A stretch of DNA of 64,000 bases from Luteimonas sp. (GTDB lineage: Bacteria > Pseudomonadota > Gammaproteobacteria > Xanthomonadales > Xanthomonadaceae), in NCBI GenBank assembly GCA_045810015.1, contig JBJMWR010000024.1, positions 48,174 through 112,173 of the forward strand, given 5' to 3'. The notes below the pieces were generated by a model. It saw only the letters and a program-made list of their open reading frames with translations. It ran no database searches and had not been told where the DNA came from. Positions 41,809 through 53,750 of this stretch are shown here, piece after piece. The position numbers were made by a program, and so were the translations under genes. How positions within the stretch are numbered: position 1 is the stretch's first letter; every line of letters starts with the position of its first letter.

Positions 41809-42657
41809 TCAGTCGGCAGTCCGCATCGCCAACCGCTGCCCCAGCCGCACGGGCGATTCGGCCTGCAGCGACGGCTCCAGATCGGCCACGCCCTTCGGCA
41901 GCAGCACGATGACCGTCGAGCCGTAATTGAAGCGCGCCATCTCTTCGAAGCGCTGCAGGGTGATGCCCTGTCCACGCCAGTCCTTGCGCTGGATGCGGTC
42001 GCCGTAGGCGGGAATTTCCTCGCCGCTCCAGACGGTCTCCACACCCGACACCAGCAGCGCGCCGACCATCACCTGGACCATCGGACCGAAATCGGTGTCG
42101 AAGTGGCAGACCAGTCGCTCGTTGCGCGCGAACAGGCGCGGCACCTTCGAGACCGCCGCGGTGCCGACGCTGAAAAGCCGGCCTGGCACGTGCACGGTTT
42201 CGCGCAGCGTGCCGGTCCATGGCATGTGCACGCGGTGGTAGTCGCGCGGTGACAGGTAGACCGTCGCGAAACTGCCGTCGAGAAACGGCGCAGCGTCGGC
42301 TGCGTCGCCGAGCAGTTCGGCGACGGTGAACGACTGCCCCTTGGCCTGGAAGATCCGGCCGGCTTCGATCGGACCGCACTGGCTGATATGGCCATCGGCC
42401 GGCATCACCAGTGCACGCGGATTGGGATCGGCGACGCGTGCGCCCTCGCGCAGCGCGCGGGTAAAGAAGGCGTTGAAGCTCGCGTACGAGTCCGCGTCCG
42501 GGTTCGACGCTTCCGATAGGTCCACGCCGAAGCGCTGGACGACGGTGCTGATCAGCCAGCGGCGCGTGCCCGGATTCTGCGAATAGGCCAGGCGCCGTGC
42601 GAGCGACGACAGATAGCGGTGCGGCAATGCGTAGGTGAGTCTGGTCGTGAAACTCAT
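41809..42657 (-). CDS. psd: phosphatidylserine decarboxylase proenzyme
   Basis: [16 protein letters not shown]........ and the self-cleavage region ..[12 protein letters not shown]. Start at ATG 42657. Confidence 0.92.
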   Translation of the reverse strand: MSFTTRLTYALPHRYLSSLARRLAYSQNPGTRRWLISTVVQRFGVDLSEASNPDADSYASFNAFFTRALREGARVADPNPRALVMPADGHISQCGPIEAGRIFQAKGQSFTVAELLGDAADAAPFLDGSFATVYLSPRDYHRVHMPWTGTLRETVHVPGRLFSVGTAAVSKVPRLFARNERLVCHFDTDFGPMVQVMVGALLVSGVETVWSGEEIPAYGDRIQRKDWRGQGITLQRFEEMARFNYGSTVIVLLPKGVADLEPSLQAESPVRLGQRLAMRTAD

Positions 42658-43319
42658 GGGCGGTACTCGGCAGTCAGGCGCATCAGATCGGCAGCCACAG
42701 CCTCGGGTCGGGGCGTTTCGGCATTGAGCACGCTGCCCGAGACCACGCCGGCCATGCGGCCTTGCGGGTCGAGCACAGCCAGCGATGCGCTGTGGTCGAC
42801 GGTGTACGCGCCATCGGGCGCGTCGCGGTCCAGCGGGACCTTGGCGAACACCATCGACAGTGCGCGCGCGAAGCGCTCCAGCGACGGGATGTCCGCGGTT
42901 GCGGCCAGCGTGTCGCGGTGGAAGGCATGCGCGTAGTCGCCGAGGCGCTCGGGCGTGTCGCGATCGGGATCGACGGACACGAACAGCACGCGCGGGCGTG
43001 TCGCTTCTGGCAGCGCTTCCCATTGGCGCTGCGCCTGGGCGAGGTGGGTCAGCGTCATCGGGCAGACATCGGGGCAATGCGTGAAGCCGATGAACACCAG
43101 CGTCCAGTGGCCGGCGAGCTCCCCCGGCAGCAGTTGGGTGCCGTCGGACTGTTGCAGCGCGAAATCGGGCAGATCGCGCGGCGCCGGATACAGCTGCACG
43201 ACCTCCAGTTGCGGCGCGGCGGCGCTGCCGTCCGAGGCGAAATACTTCTGCGCGACCAGCAGGCCGAGCCCGCCGGCGAGCGCGACGCAGAGGATGATGA
43301 GGGTGGTCTTATTGAACAT
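42654..43319 (-). CDS. SCO1/SenC-family copper chaperone (thioredoxin fold)
   Basis: N-terminal TM anchor and the [16 protein letters not shown] CxxxC motif. ATGA overlap with psd. Confidence 0.88.
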   Translation of the reverse strand: MFNKTTLIILCVALAGGLGLLVAQKYFASDGSAAAPQLEVVQLYPAPRDLPDFALQQSDGTQLLPGELAGHWTLVFIGFTHCPDVCPMTLTHLAQAQRQWEALPEATRPRVLFVSVDPDRDTPERLGDYAHAFHRDTLAATADIPSLERFARALSMVFAKVPLDRDAPDGAYTVDHSASLAVLDPQGRMAGVVSGSVLNAETPRPEAVAADLMRLTAEYRP

Positions 43320-43430
43320 CGCGAAGTCCGGTTCGAGCGCCAGGCATGATAACCGGCGCGCCTGTCGGGGCCGTGGCGAGGCGGTGACCTATAATCCGCG
43401 GCCATCAAGCCGTCCCGAGCTCCGCGCGCC

Positions 43431-44402
43431 ATGACCGAAGAACTGCAGACGATCGTCGACCTGATCCGCTATGGCGCCAGCCGCTTCAATGCAGCCGGCC
43501 TGACCTTCGGCCACAGTTACGACAACGCGATCGACGAGGCCACCCAGCTGACCCTGCACGCGCTGCATCTGCCGCACGACCTGAGCCCGGTCTACGGTCA
43601 GTCGCGGGTCACGCTGGCAGAAAAGGAGGACGTGCTGGCGCTGTTCCTGCGCCGCATCGAGGACCGCATGCCGGCTGCGTATCTGACCGGCGAGGCCTGG
43701 TTCGCCGGCCTGAGCTTCAAGTCCGACGCGCGCGCGCTGGTGCCGCGTTCGCCGATCGCCGAACTGATCCTCGCCGGCTTCGAGCCCTGGCTCGGCGGCC
43801 GAGAAGTGCGCCGCGCGCTGGACCTGTGCACCGGCTCGGGCTGCATCGCGATCGCGATGGCGCATCACAATCCGGACTGGCACGTCGACGGCATCGATCT
43901 CAGCGACGAGGCCCTGACGCTCGCCGCCGAAAACGAAAATCGGCTCGAAGTGCGCAATACGCGCTTTCTCAAGTCCGACCTGTTCGACTGCCTGCAGGGC
44001 GAGCACTATGACCTGATCGTCACCAATCCGCCCTACGTCACCAATGACGAGACCGACGCGCTGCCGCAGGAATACGGCTACGAGCCCGAGATGGGCCTGC
44101 GCGCCGGCGACGACGGCCTGGACCTCGTGCTGAAGATCCTGCGCGACGCTCCGCTGCATCTGACCGAAGACGGCCTGCTGATCTGCGAAGTCGGCGAGTC
44201 CGAGCAGCACCTGATCAAGCTGCTGCCCGAGCTGCCGCTGTTCTGGATCGAATTCCAGGTCGGCCAGATGGGGATCTTCGTCGTCGAGCGCCACGACCTG
44301 GTCACGCACAGCGCGAAGATCACGCAACTGGCGGCGGCGCGTGAGGGCAAGACTGCGGCTGCCGTCGCGGCGACGGTGAGTGCAGGGGCGGGGTTGTTCT
44401 GA
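43431..44402 (+). CDS. prmB: ribosomal protein uL3 glutamine methyltransferase
   Basis: ..RALDLCTGSGCIAIA.. (SAM motif) and IVTNPPYV (NPPY). prmB-aroC order as in E. coli. Confidence 0.9.
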   Translation: MTEELQTIVDLIRYGASRFNAAGLTFGHSYDNAIDEATQLTLHALHLPHDLSPVYGQSRVTLAEKEDVLALFLRRIEDRMPAAYLTGEAWFAGLSFKSDARALVPRSPIAELILAGFEPWLGGREVRRALDLCTGSGCIAIAMAHHNPDWHVDGIDLSDEALTLAAENENRLEVRNTRFLKSDLFDCLQGEHYDLIVTNPPYVTNDETDALPQEYGYEPEMGLRAGDDGLDLVLKILRDAPLHLTEDGLLICEVGESEQHLIKLLPELPLFWIEFQVGQMGIFVVERHDLVTHSAKITQLAAAREGKTAAAVAATVSAGAGLF

Positions 44403-44473
44403 GCGCGTAGTGTTCCGCGCTTGGCATGAAGCTCAAGATCCAGTTCATTCGCGCGAACGCCTAAAGCGTCGTC

Positions 44474-44506
44474 ATCCCAGCGAAAGCTGGGATCCAGTTT
44501 GATTTT
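44474..44506 (+). terminator. candidate terminator / REP-type hairpin downstream of prmB
   Basis: ATCCCAGC-GAAA-GCTGGGAT (8-bp stem, GNRA loop) followed by CCAGTTTGATTTT. Confidence 0.4.
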
Positions 44507-44720
44507 CCCGGAATGGGCCAGATCAAAATGGGCCCCAGCTTGAGCAGACATGCGTCTGTTGAAAGCCGCTGGGGCGACGAGCGAAAAAACATCGCTCCAG
44601 GGGGGGAGCGTTCCGAACCCCAACGGTTCGCTCCGAAACCATGCGTCCACGCGCGTCCCGCTCGCGTTAAGCTTGCCGGCCCGCGTTTTCGTGCCGCCGC
44701 GTCGCTCCGACGCCCGTCCC

Positions 44721-45839
44721 ATGTCCAGCAACAGCTTCGGTCAACTGTTCACCGTCACGACCTTCGGCGAAAGCCACGGGCCGGCGATCGGCTGCGTGGT
44801 CGATGGCTGCCCGCCGGGCATTGCGTTGACGGTCGAAGATTTCGCCCACGATCTGGCGCGGCGCGCGACCGGCAAGACCCGGCACACCTCGGCACGGCGC
44901 GAGGCCGACGCGGTCGAGATCCTCAGCGGCGTTTATGAAGGCGTGACCACGGGTACGCCGATCGCGCTGCTGATCCGCAACACCGATGCGCGCAGCAAGG
45001 ACTACGGCAACATCGCCCAGCAGTTCCGGCCCGGGCATGCCGATTACGCGTACTGGCAGAAGTACGGCATCCGCGATCCGCGCGGTGGCGGCCGCTCGTC
45101 GGCGCGCGAGACCACGATGCGCGTCGCCGCGGCGGTGATCGCCAAGAAGTGGCTGAATGATCGCTTCGGCGTGCGCGTGCATGGCTATCTGTCGCAGCTG
45201 GGCGAGATCGTGCCGGCGCAGGTCGACAGCGCCGCGATCGACTGGGACGTCGTCGAATCCAATCCGTTCTTCTGGCCCGATGCCGCGCAGGTGCCCGCGC
45301 TCGAAACCTATATGGACGCGCTGCGCAAATCCGGCGATTCCGTCGGTGCACGCGTGACCGCCGTCGCCGACGGTGTGCCGCCGGGCTGGGGCGAGCCGAT
45401 CTACGGCAAGCTCGATGGCGATCTGGCCGCGGCGATGATGTCGATCAATGCGGTCAAGGGCGTCGAGATCGGCGCCGGCTTCGCTTCGATCCCCCAAAAG
45501 GGCAGTGAACACCGCGACCTGATGACGCCGCAGGGCTTCGCCTCCAATCACGCTGGCGGCGTACTCGGCGGTATCAGCACCGGCCAGCAGATTGTGGTGT
45601 CGACGGCGTTCAAGCCGACGTCCAGTCTGCGTCTGCCGGCCGATGGCCTGGACACCGACGGCAACACGGTCGAAGTGATCACCACCGGGCGTCACGACCC
45701 CTGCGTCGGCATCCGCGCGACGCCGATCTGCGAGGCGATGCTGGCGCTGGTGCTGATGGACCAGGCGCTGCGCCATCGCGCGCAGTGCGGCGATGTCGGC
45801 ACGGTGACGCCGCGGATTCCGGGGCGCATCGATGGCTGA
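44721..45839 (+). CDS. aroC: chorismate synthase
   Basis: [33 protein letters not shown] and ..[15 protein letters not shown].. motifs. Confidence 0.95.
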   Translation: MSSNSFGQLFTVTTFGESHGPAIGCVVDGCPPGIALTVEDFAHDLARRATGKTRHTSARREADAVEILSGVYEGVTTGTPIALLIRNTDARSKDYGNIAQQFRPGHADYAYWQKYGIRDPRGGGRSSARETTMRVAAAVIAKKWLNDRFGVRVHGYLSQLGEIVPAQVDSAAIDWDVVESNPFFWPDAAQVPALETYMDALRKSGDSVGARVTAVADGVPPGWGEPIYGKLDGDLAAAMMSINAVKGVEIGAGFASIPQKGSEHRDLMTPQGFASNHAGGVLGGISTGQQIVVSTAFKPTSSLRLPADGLDTDGNTVEVITTGRHDPCVGIRATPICEAMLALVLMDQALRHRAQCGDVGTVTPRIPGRIDG

Positions 45840-46857
45840 GTCGCGGCCGAAGGTCTGGGTGTCGCAGCCGTTGTTCGACGACATCGTCGGGCGCCTGCAC
45901 GCGCATTTCGACGTGGTGCAGGTGCCGGTCGTGAGCGAACACGACGCTGCTGCGATTGCGGCCGCATTGCGCGAGGTCGACGGCGCGCTGGTGACGCTCA
46001 ACGAGCGCATCGGCAGCGACGCGATTGCAGACGCGCCGAAGCTGCGCGCAGTCGCCAATGTCGGCGTCGGCTACAACAATCTCGATGTGCCGGCGCTGCA
46101 CGCGCGCGACATCGTGGCGACCAACACGCCCGACGTGCTGACCGAGACCACCGCCGATTTCGGCTTCGCGCTGATGATGGCCGCCGCGCGCCGCGTCACC
46201 GAAGCCGAGCGCCATCTGCGCGCCGGTAAATGGCAGGGCTGGAATTTCAAGGGCCTGCTCGGCGCCGATCTGCACGGCAGCATGCTGGGCATTCTCGGCA
46301 TGGGGCGGATCGGGCAGGGCATCGCGAAGCGCGCGTCCGGCTTCGACATGCGCGTGATCTATCACAACCGCAGCCGCCTGCCGGATGATGTCGAGCGCGC
46401 GTTGAACGCGTCGTACGTCGATTTCGACACGCTGTTCGCGCAGGCCGATCACCTGGTGCTCGTGCTGCCGTACTCGGCCGCCAGCCACCACATCGTCGAC
46501 GCCGCCGCCTTGGCGAAGATGCAGCCGACCGCGACGCTGACCAATATCGCGCGCGGCGGCATCGTCGACGAAGCCGCGCTGGCCGATGCGCTCGCGAACG
46601 GCCGCCTGGCCTCGGCCGCGCTCGACGTGTTCGAAGGCGAGCCCGCGGTCGATCCGCGCCTGCTCGCACTCGACAACATCGTGCTGACCCCGCACATCGC
46701 CAGCGGCAGCCTGGCCACGCGCCGCGCGATGGTCACGCTCGCAGTCGACAACCTGATCGCCGCGCTCGGCGCGGGTCCGGATGCCGGCCATCCGCCGAGC
46801 GTGATTGCGCCGGCGAAACAGGACGATACCAACGCGAAACGTCCGGGAACCGCCTGA
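45832..46857 (+). CDS. D-isomer-specific 2-hydroxyacid dehydrogenase (glyoxylate/hydroxypyruvate reductase-like)
   Basis: NAD motif [17 protein letters not shown], and catalytic region ..[14 protein letters not shown] and ..LTPHIAS. 8-nt overlap with aroC. Confidence 0.85.
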   Translation: MAESRPKVWVSQPLFDDIVGRLHAHFDVVQVPVVSEHDAAAIAAALREVDGALVTLNERIGSDAIADAPKLRAVANVGVGYNNLDVPALHARDIVATNTPDVLTETTADFGFALMMAAARRVTEAERHLRAGKWQGWNFKGLLGADLHGSMLGILGMGRIGQGIAKRASGFDMRVIYHNRSRLPDDVERALNASYVDFDTLFAQADHLVLVLPYSAASHHIVDAAALAKMQPTATLTNIARGGIVDEAALADALANGRLASAALDVFEGEPAVDPRLLALDNIVLTPHIASGSLATRRAMVTLAVDNLIAALGAGPDAGHPPSVIAPAKQDDTNAKRPGTA

Positions 46858-46948
46858 GCATCAGGGCGGGCGGTTCCCCGAAGCCCCAGCTGTGCAGCGC
46901 CCGCGCGCCACGCGCGACCCACGTCCAGATCCTTTCGAGAAGTTGTCC

Positions 46949-47977
46949 ATGTCCAGTTCCCAGAACCGCCGTTTCCGCGTTGCCGTCGTCGGTGCCACCG
47001 GCGCCGTCGGCGAGACCATGCTGTCGATTCTCGCCGAGCGCGATTTCCCTGTCTCTGAACTCGTGCCTCTCGCCAGCGAGCGCTCAGCCGGCACCACCGT
47101 GAAGTTCGGCGACGAGGACGTCGTTGTGCAGGATCTTGCCACCTTCGATCCCGCCGGCATCGACATCGCGCTGTTCTCCGCCGGTGGCGACACCAGCCAG
47201 GCCTACGCGCCGAAGTTCGCCGCGGCCGGCGCCGTCGTCATCGACAACAGTTCCGCGTTCCGCTACGACGACGACGTGCCGCTGGTGATCAGCGAGGTCA
47301 ATCCGGAAGCGGCCCTCAAGCGTCCGCGCGGCATCATCGCCAACCCCAACTGCTCGACGATGCAGATGCTGGTCGCGCTCGCACCGCTGCATCGCAAGGC
47401 AGGCATCGTGCGCATCAACGTGTCGACCTACCAGTCGGTGTCGGGCGCCGGCCGTTCGGCGATGGAAGAACTCGGTCGCCAGACCGGCGACCTGCTGAAC
47501 TTCCGCAGCATCGATCCGCAGAAGTTTCCGGTGCAGATCGCGTTCAACCTGATCCCGCAGATCGACGCCTTCCTCGAGAACGGCTTCACCAAGGAAGAGA
47601 TGAAGCTGGTCTGGGAGACCCACAAGATCCTCGGCGACGACAGCATCTTGGTGAACCCCACTGCGGTGCGCGTGCCGGTGTTCTACGGCCACTCGGAATC
47701 CGTCGCCGTCGAACTGCGCGAGCGCATCACCGTCGACGAGGCGCGCGCGATCCTCGCGACTGCGCCGGGCGTAGAAGTCGTCGACGAGCGCGTGAGCGGT
47801 GGCTGGCCGACGCCGGTGACGCACGCCTCGGGTCGCGACCCGGTGTTCGTCGGCCGTATCCGCGAGGATCTCTCGCACCCGAACGGCCTCAACCTGTGGA
47901 TCGTCGCCGACAACATCCGCAAAGGCGCCGCGCTCAACGCGGTGCAGGTCGCCGAGCTGGTCGCCGCCGAAGGCTGA
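46949..47977 (+). CDS. asd: aspartate-semialdehyde dehydrogenase
   Basis: VAVVGATGAVGETM, active-site IANPNCSTMQM, and ..RVPV..GHS.. motifs. Confidence 0.93.
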   Translation: MSSSQNRRFRVAVVGATGAVGETMLSILAERDFPVSELVPLASERSAGTTVKFGDEDVVVQDLATFDPAGIDIALFSAGGDTSQAYAPKFAAAGAVVIDNSSAFRYDDDVPLVISEVNPEAALKRPRGIIANPNCSTMQMLVALAPLHRKAGIVRINVSTYQSVSGAGRSAMEELGRQTGDLLNFRSIDPQKFPVQIAFNLIPQIDAFLENGFTKEEMKLVWETHKILGDDSILVNPTAVRVPVFYGHSESVAVELRERITVDEARAILATAPGVEVVDERVSGGWPTPVTHASGRDPVFVGRIREDLSHPNGLNLWIVADNIRKGAALNAVQVAELVAAEG

Positions 47978-48158
47978 TCGCGCGTCATGTCGCGTCGCAG
48001 CCACGGCTGCGGCGCGTTGCGTGGATACTCGGGCGATCCGGTGGACGCATCGCGCGTTGCGGAGCGGGAGTCCGCGCCGCTACAGTCGCCGGATGAATCC
48101 GGATCATCGGCAGCAGGCCCGGCAATGCCGGGTGGGGCAAGCCCGCAAGAAACAGGGG

Positions 48159-50000
48159 ATGTTCGTGTCGCGCACCTTGAAGCGTCTGTTGCTGGCCGGT
48201 GGCCTGTTGGCCCTGGCCGGGCCCGTGCTCGCGCTGGGACTGGGCCGCATCGAGGTCCGTTCGCAGCAGGGCCAGCCGCTGCTGGCCGAAATTCCGGTCG
48301 TCTCCAGCGATCCGGCCGAACTGCGCCAGCTGCAGGCGCGCCTCGCATCGCCCGAAACCTTCGCGCGCATCGGCCTCGAGCCGCCGCGCGGCGTGGTGTC
48401 CGATCTGCAGTTCAATGTCGCGCTCGACCGGAGCGGGCGTCCGGTGATCCGTGTCACCAGCGCCGCACCGGTGACGCAGGAAGCGCTGACGTTCCTGGTC
48501 GAAGTCGACTGGGGGCAGGGCCGTCTGGTCCGCGAATACTCCGCGCTCGTTGCCGTGCCCGACACTGTCGCCGCGCCCGCGCAGCCGACGATCCAGGCAC
48601 CCGTGGCCGCGCCTGCACCGAGCATCGTGCGTCCGCCGGTCGCGCCCGCGCCCGTGCAGGCGCCGCCCGCACCACCGCCGCAGCAGGCCGCTGCGCCGGC
48701 CGAGCCGGCACCTGCCAGCAATGCGATCGCGACGACACCGCCTCCGCCGACTCCGACGCCTGCACCTGCACCGACACCCGCACCTGCAGCGCGCCCGGCC
48801 GATGCAGCCGTCACGCCGGGTGATGCGCTGCCTGCGGTACGCGCCGGACAGACGCTGTCGTCGATCGCCGCGCCGCTCGCCGACGAAGCCGGCATCAGCG
48901 TCAACCAGGCGATGCTGCTGCTGTTGCGCACGAACCCGGATGCCTTCATCGGTGGCAACCTCAACCTGATCCGTCAGGGCGCGGTGCTGCGGGTGCCGGC
49001 GCGCGATGTCTGGACCCAGTTCAGCGCCGCTGAAGCCAATGCCGTGGTGCGCGAGCAGGTGGGCCAGTGGCGCGAGATGCGCCGTCCGGCCCCGCAGCCC
49101 GCGGACCCCGTGGCCGATGCGACGCCGACGACGGCGGCCACCACGCCGCCGGCCGCGGCCCCGCGCACCCCCGAGGCACGACTCGAAATCACACCACCCG
49201 CCAGCGACAGCCAGCCGGCGGGCACCCAATCCGGCATCGCTGCCGGCGCTGGAGGCGACATGCTGCGTCAGGAACTGCAACAGGCCAACGAGACCGTCGC
49301 TGCGCGCACTGCGGAGATCGACGAACTCAAGGCCCGCCTCGATGATCTCCAGCAGCTGCAACAGCAACAGCAGCAGCTGATCCAGCTCAAGGACGCCGAA
49401 CTCGCCGCCGCGCAGCAGCGCATGGAAGCGAGCAACCAGCAGCAGACCAGCGTGGCCGCGCCGATGCCGTGGCTGTGGCTCGGCGTTGCGATCCTCATCG
49501 TCGCCGCGCTCGCATTCCTGCTCGGCCGTCGCGGCCGCACGCCGACCCCGAAGCGTCCGTTCGACAGCGTCGCGCTGGCGGCTGGCCTGCCGACGTCGAC
49601 CGTCGAACCGGCTGCGCCCGTGGTCACCGTGCCGGAGCCGGCGACCCCGCCTGCGTTCGTGCGTGAAGCGCTGGCACCTGTGTTCGAGCCCGCACCGGTC
49701 GTCGCGCCGCCCGTGTCCGGCGGTCCGACCTGGCACGCGCCGCCGGCATCGCCGGTCGAACCGATCGAGCCCGAGGCCGTGCCGGTGATCGACGCGACAC
49801 CGACGGTCGACGCGCCGGTCGAGCTCGACAGCGGCGACGCCGTCGAGACGCCGATCGGCGTGGAGCGCATCGAGCTGGCGCGCGCCTACATCGACCTGGG
49901 TGACACCGACACCGCGCGCAGCCTGCTGCTGGAAGTGGTGGAAGGCGACGATCTGACGGCGGCCGCGCAGGCCGCGCAGCTGCTGCGCACCCTGGGCTGA
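48159..50000 (+). CDS. fimV: FimV/HubP-family peptidoglycan-binding pilus-assembly protein
   Basis: N-terminus [22 protein letters not shown], a LysM-like segment ([11 protein letters not shown]...[12 protein letters not shown]), Pro/Ala/Thr-rich spacers, a Gln-rich coiled coil, one TM segment, and the C-terminal FimV motif [21 protein letters not shown]. asd-fimV-truA order as in Pseudomonas. Confidence 0.88.
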   Translation: MFVSRTLKRLLLAGGLLALAGPVLALGLGRIEVRSQQGQPLLAEIPVVSSDPAELRQLQARLASPETFARIGLEPPRGVVSDLQFNVALDRSGRPVIRVTSAAPVTQEALTFLVEVDWGQGRLVREYSALVAVPDTVAAPAQPTIQAPVAAPAPSIVRPPVAPAPVQAPPAPPPQQAAAPAEPAPASNAIATTPPPPTPTPAPAPTPAPAARPADAAVTPGDALPAVRAGQTLSSIAAPLADEAGISVNQAMLLLLRTNPDAFIGGNLNLIRQGAVLRVPARDVWTQFSAAEANAVVREQVGQWREMRRPAPQPADPVADATPTTAATTPPAAAPRTPEARLEITPPASDSQPAGTQSGIAAGAGGDMLRQELQQANETVAARTAEIDELKARLDDLQQLQQQQQQLIQLKDAELAAAQQRMEASNQQQTSVAAPMPWLWLGVAILIVAALAFLLGRRGRTPTPKRPFDSVALAAGLPTSTVEPAAPVVTVPEPATPPAFVREALAPVFEPAPVVAPPVSGGPTWHAPPASPVEPIEPEAVPVIDATPTVDAPVELDSGDAVETPIGVERIELARAYIDLGDTDTARSLLLEVVEGDDLTAAAQAAQLLRTLG

Positions 50001-50008
50001 GCCACACG

Positions 50009-50797
50009 ATGCGGGTCGCGATTGGCGTCGAGTACGACGGCCATGGGTTCCACGGTTGGCAGCGGCTGGGCAAGGCTGCCGAGACCGGTCCGGGTTCCGT
50101 GCAAGCCTCGCTCGAAAAAGCGCTGTCGCGCGTCGCCGCGCATCCGGTCGCGACCACGTGTTCGGGGCGCACCGATTCCGGCGTGCACGCGCGCTGCCAG
50201 GTCGTGCATTTCGACACCGATGCCGTGCGCACGCCACGTGCGTGGATGCTCGGCACCACCGCGCATCTGCCGCCCGCCGTCTGCGTGCGCTGGGCACAGC
50301 CGGTGCCTGACGATTTCAGCGCCCGCTTCTCCGCGCGCGCGCGGCACTACCGCTATCGTCTGATCAACCGGCCGGTGCGGCCTGCGTTGCACAGGCAATA
50401 CCTGTCGTGGGAACTGCGCCCGCTCGATGCCGACGCGATGCATCGCGCTGCGCAGGCGTTGCTGGGCGAACAGGATTTCTCCGCTTTCCGCACCGTGCAT
50501 TGCCAGGCCCCGCATGCGCGCCGTGACCTGCAACGCATCGCGGTGACGCGCGATGGCGACGAGGTCATCGTCGAAGTGCAGGCCAATGCGTTCCTGCACC
50601 ACATGGTGCGCAACATCGTCGGTTCGCTGCTGGATGTCGGCGCCGGTGAGCAGCCAGAGGGCTGGATCGCGGAACTGCTGGCGGGTCGCGATCGCAGCGT
50701 CGCCGGTGCAACTGCACCGGCCGCGGGCCTCGTCTTCCTGGGGCCGCTGTATCCGCCGGAGTGGGCACTGCCGGCGGAAGTGACGCTGACGCCATGA
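50009..50797 (+). CDS. truA: tRNA pseudouridine(38-40) synthase
   Basis: [16 protein letters not shown].. and ..[10 protein letters not shown] (catalytic Asp) motifs. Confidence 0.93.
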   Translation: MRVAIGVEYDGHGFHGWQRLGKAAETGPGSVQASLEKALSRVAAHPVATTCSGRTDSGVHARCQVVHFDTDAVRTPRAWMLGTTAHLPPAVCVRWAQPVPDDFSARFSARARHYRYRLINRPVRPALHRQYLSWELRPLDADAMHRAAQALLGEQDFSAFRTVHCQAPHARRDLQRIAVTRDGDEVIVEVQANAFLHHMVRNIVGSLLDVGAGEQPEGWIAELLAGRDRSVAGATAPAAGLVFLGPLYPPEWALPAEVTLTP

Positions 50798-51429
50798 GCG
50801 CTGGGAAGTCCACGCTGATCAAGTTCTGCGGCCTGACCCGCGCCGAAGACGTCGCCGAAGCGGTTGCGCTCGGCGTCGACTGCATCGGCCTCGTGTTCGC
50901 GGCGCGCAGTACGCGTCGGCTGACGCTGGACGCTGCACGCGGATTGCGCGATGCGGTGCCTGCGTCGATCCGCGTTGTCGCGTTGACGATGGACAATCCG
51001 GCCGATGAAGTCGCGGCCATCGTGGCGACCGTGCGACCGGACATCCTGCAGCTCCATGGCGCCGAGGACGACGCGTTCTGCGCGCGGTTCGATCTGCCGT
51101 ACTGGAAGGCGATCGCGATGGGCGGCGATCCGGCTGCAGCGCTGCGCACGCTGGATGCGTGGCCGAATGCGTCGGCATTCCTGTTCGACGGCCACGCGGC
51201 GGGCGAGCCCGGCGGCAGTGGCGAACGCTTCGACTGGGCGGCGCTGCCGGCGTCGCTCGATCGGCCGTTCTGGCTTGCGGGGGGACTCGATGCGGGCAAC
51301 GTCGCGCAGGCGATCGACGTGGCGCGCCCGGCGGGCGTCGACGTGTCCAGCGGCATCGAATCCGCGCCGGGTATCAAGGATGCAACGCGGATGCGCGCGT
51401 TCGTCGACGCGGTGCGCGGCACGCGCTGA
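50794..51429 (+). CDS. trpF: phosphoribosylanthranilate isomerase
   Basis: [13 protein letters not shown]...G.D.IGLVF...S.R and ..LAGGL...NV motifs. ATGA overlap with truA. Confidence 0.9.
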   Translation: MSAGKSTLIKFCGLTRAEDVAEAVALGVDCIGLVFAARSTRRLTLDAARGLRDAVPASIRVVALTMDNPADEVAAIVATVRPDILQLHGAEDDAFCARFDLPYWKAIAMGGDPAAALRTLDAWPNASAFLFDGHAAGEPGGSGERFDWAALPASLDRPFWLAGGLDAGNVAQAIDVARPAGVDVSSGIESAPGIKDATRMRAFVDAVRGTR

Positions 51430-51482
51430 TCGTCAGGCCTGTCCGGATCCGTCGTTCGCGCGTCGACGCGCGGGCATTCAAG

Positions 51483-52367
51483 TCAGGCCAATTCCTGCCT
51501 GAGCCACTCCGCCAGCGCATCGAGACGCGCATCGTCGTCGTCGCGACGCGTCGCCAGAATCCACTGCGCCTCTGTTTCGACGAAACCCCAGGGTGCCAGC
51601 AGGCGGCCGGCGGCGAGATCGTCGGCGACGAGTTCCTGTGGTGCGATGGCGACACCGAGGCCAGCGGCTGCGGCTTCGAGCAGGAAATACAGATGCTCGA
51701 ATCCGGTGCCGAGATCGTCGGGTGATGCGGCGCCTTGCAGCAAGGCCCACGTCGGCCAGGCCTGCGGGCGCGACGTGGTGTGCAGCAGCGGTTCGCGAAG
51801 CAGCGCGTCGGGCGTCAATGCTGCGAGGCGTGTCACGTCGGCATGGCGTGCACTGAGCACCGGGCCGATCCGCTCCGACGCGAGTGCGCGCACCGTCCAC
51901 GAGGCCGGCCACGGCGACGTGCCGATCAGCAGCGCCGCATCGAATCCGTCCAGCGATGCCGGGAACGCGCCTTCATGCGGCGACAGATGCAGCTTGAGAT
52001 CGGGCAGGGCATCAGTCAGGCGCGGCAGTCGCGGAATCATCCAGCGGGCGAGCAGGCTGCCCGGGCAGCCGAGCACCCGCGCAGGCGACGTGCCCGAGCG
52101 ACGGATCGCTGCCGCAGCGCCCTGCAAACGCGCGAACGCATCTCCTGCGGCGTCGCGCATGCGCATGCCGGCCGGCGTGAGGCGCAGGCCGCGGCCGGCG
52201 CGCACGAACAGCGGCGTGCCGAGTGCGTCTTCGAGCAGGCGCACCTGGCGGCTCACCGCGCCGTGGGTCACGTGCAGCGCCTCGGCCGCGCGGCTCAGGC
52301 TGCCCAGGCGGGCGGCGGCCTCGAAGGCGCGCAGCGCATTGAGCGGCGGCAGGTCGGTGTCGGTCAT
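51483..52367 (-). CDS. LysR-family transcriptional regulator, TrpI-like by sequence style and position
   Basis: [43 protein letters not shown] (GcvA/TrpI subgroup). Divergent from trpBA, as P. aeruginosa trpI is. Confidence 0.8.
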   Translation of the reverse strand: MTDTDLPPLNALRAFEAAARLGSLSRAAEALHVTHGAVSRQVRLLEDALGTPLFVRAGRGLRLTPAGMRMRDAAGDAFARLQGAAAAIRRSGTSPARVLGCPGSLLARWMIPRLPRLTDALPDLKLHLSPHEGAFPASLDGFDAALLIGTSPWPASWTVRALASERIGPVLSARHADVTRLAALTPDALLREPLLHTTSRPQAWPTWALLQGAASPDDLGTGFEHLYFLLEAAAAGLGVAIAPQELVADDLAAGRLLAPWGFVETEAQWILATRRDDDDARLDALAEWLRQELA

Positions 52368-52377
52368 GTGAGATTTC

Positions 52378-52420
52378 CTGACGTATGCGTCAGATCTTAT
52401 CGATTCTGGACGTACGACGT
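52378..52420. promoter_or_regulatory. candidate LysR (TrpI-like) operator in the divergent promoter region
   Basis: Inverted repeat CTGACG-TATG-CGTCAG (52378-52393). A second GACGTA half-site begins at 52409, about 29 bp from the first. Confidence 0.4.
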
Positions 52421-52461
52421 GTGCGTTAGAGTGCAGGCCAGCCCGCACCGTGCACCTCCCG

Positions 52462-53679
52462 ATGTCGCAGCCTCCGATCACCGATTTCCACGCCTATCCC
52501 GATGCTAACGGCCATTTCGGCCGCTACGGCGGGCGCTTCGTCGCCGAAACGCTGATGGGGCCGATCGCCGAACTCGCGGCGGCCTACGACACCGCCAAGG
52601 CCGATCCCGCGTTCCAGCAGGCTTTCGACAAGGACCTCGCGCATTACGTCGGCCGGCCGAGCCCGATCTATCACGCCGAACGGCTCAGCGATGCCGTCGG
52701 CGGCGCGCGCATCCTGCTCAAGCGCGAGGACCTGAACCACACCGGCGCGCACAAGATCAACAACACCATCGGCCAGGCGCTGCTCGCCAGCCGCATGGGC
52801 AAGACCCGGATCATCGCCGAGACCGGCGCCGGCCAGCATGGCGTCGCCTCGGCGACCGTGGCTGCGCGGCTGGGCCTGGAATGCGTCGTGTACATGGGCG
52901 CGACCGACATCGAGCGGCAGAAGATCAACGTCTACCGCATGCGCCTGCTCGGCGCGGAAGTGGTGCCGGTGACGTCCGGCTCGGCGACGCTCAAGGACGC
53001 GCTCAATGAGGCGATGCGCGACTGGGTGACCAATATCGCCGACACCTTCTACATCATCGGCACCGTCGCCGGTCCCGACCCGTATCCGCGCATGGTCCGC
53101 GATTTCAATGCGATCGTCGGCCGCGAAGCGCGCGAGCAGATGCTGGCCGAGTACGGCCGCCTGCCCGATGCGATCACCGCCTGCGTCGGTGGCGGCAGCA
53201 ACGCGATCGGCCTGTTCCATGCGTTCCTCAATGATCGCGACGTGCGCATCGTCGGCGCCGAAGCGGCCGGCGACGGCATCGATACCGGGCGTCACGCGGC
53301 ATCGATCGCCGCCGGTCGTCCGGGCGTGCTGCACGGCAACCGCACCTATGTGATCTGCGACGACGACGGCCAGATCACCGAAACCCATTCGGTCTCCGCC
53401 GGCCTCGATTACCCGGGTGTCGGACCCGAGCATTCCTTCCTCGCCGACGCCGGTCGCGCGCAGTACGTCGGCATCACCGACGACGAAGCCCTGGCCGCGT
53501 TCCACCAGCTCGCGAAGACCGAAGGCATCCTTGCCGCGCTCGAATCCAGCCACGCGATCGCGCAGGCGATCAAGCTCGCGCGCGAGCTGCCGAAGGACGC
53601 GATCGTGCTGGCGAACCTGTCGGGCCGCGGCGACAAGGACGTGCACACGATCGCGCAGCGGGAGGGGTTCGTACTATGA
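52462..53679 (+). CDS. trpB: tryptophan synthase beta chain
   Basis: ..[16 protein letters not shown].. and [11 protein letters not shown] (PLP lysine). ATG 52462 gives the conserved N-terminus (GTG 52450 is the longest start). Confidence 0.95.
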   Translation: MSQPPITDFHAYPDANGHFGRYGGRFVAETLMGPIAELAAAYDTAKADPAFQQAFDKDLAHYVGRPSPIYHAERLSDAVGGARILLKREDLNHTGAHKINNTIGQALLASRMGKTRIIAETGAGQHGVASATVAARLGLECVVYMGATDIERQKINVYRMRLLGAEVVPVTSGSATLKDALNEAMRDWVTNIADTFYIIGTVAGPDPYPRMVRDFNAIVGREAREQMLAEYGRLPDAITACVGGGSNAIGLFHAFLNDRDVRIVGAEAAGDGIDTGRHAASIAAGRPGVLHGNRTYVICDDDGQITETHSVSAGLDYPGVGPEHSFLADAGRAQYVGITDDEALAAFHQLAKTEGILAALESSHAIAQAIKLARELPKDAIVLANLSGRGDKDVHTIAQREGFVL

Positions 53680-53750
53680 GCGCGCGCATCGATAGCAAAG
53701 CGGGCCTGTCGAGCGCGGCGGCCCAGCGCACCGCATTGCCACGGGCCACC

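Noticed and set aside
43385-43400. Perfect TATAAT at 43390-43395 upstream of prmB.
   Set aside because: No acceptable -35 or extended -10 lies at the right spacing, so I did not list it as a promoter. It may still be one.
48600-49200. Short periodic repeats (CCGGCACC/CCGACGCC-type, Pro-Ala-Thr coding) and CAGCAG runs near 49340-49390 that could be mistaken for a repeat array.
   Set aside because: They are in frame within fimV and encode its PAPTPAP linker and Gln-rich coiled coil. There is no repeat-spacer periodicity, so this is not a CRISPR array.
53676-53750. Longer trpA start at ATG 53676, overlapping the trpB stop (ATGA).
   Set aside because: The added 25 residues ([25 protein letters not shown]) are not TrpA-like. 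ATG 53751 gives the standard 268-aa protein beginning MNRIDTRFAAL. The longer start remains possible, so it is noted in the feature.
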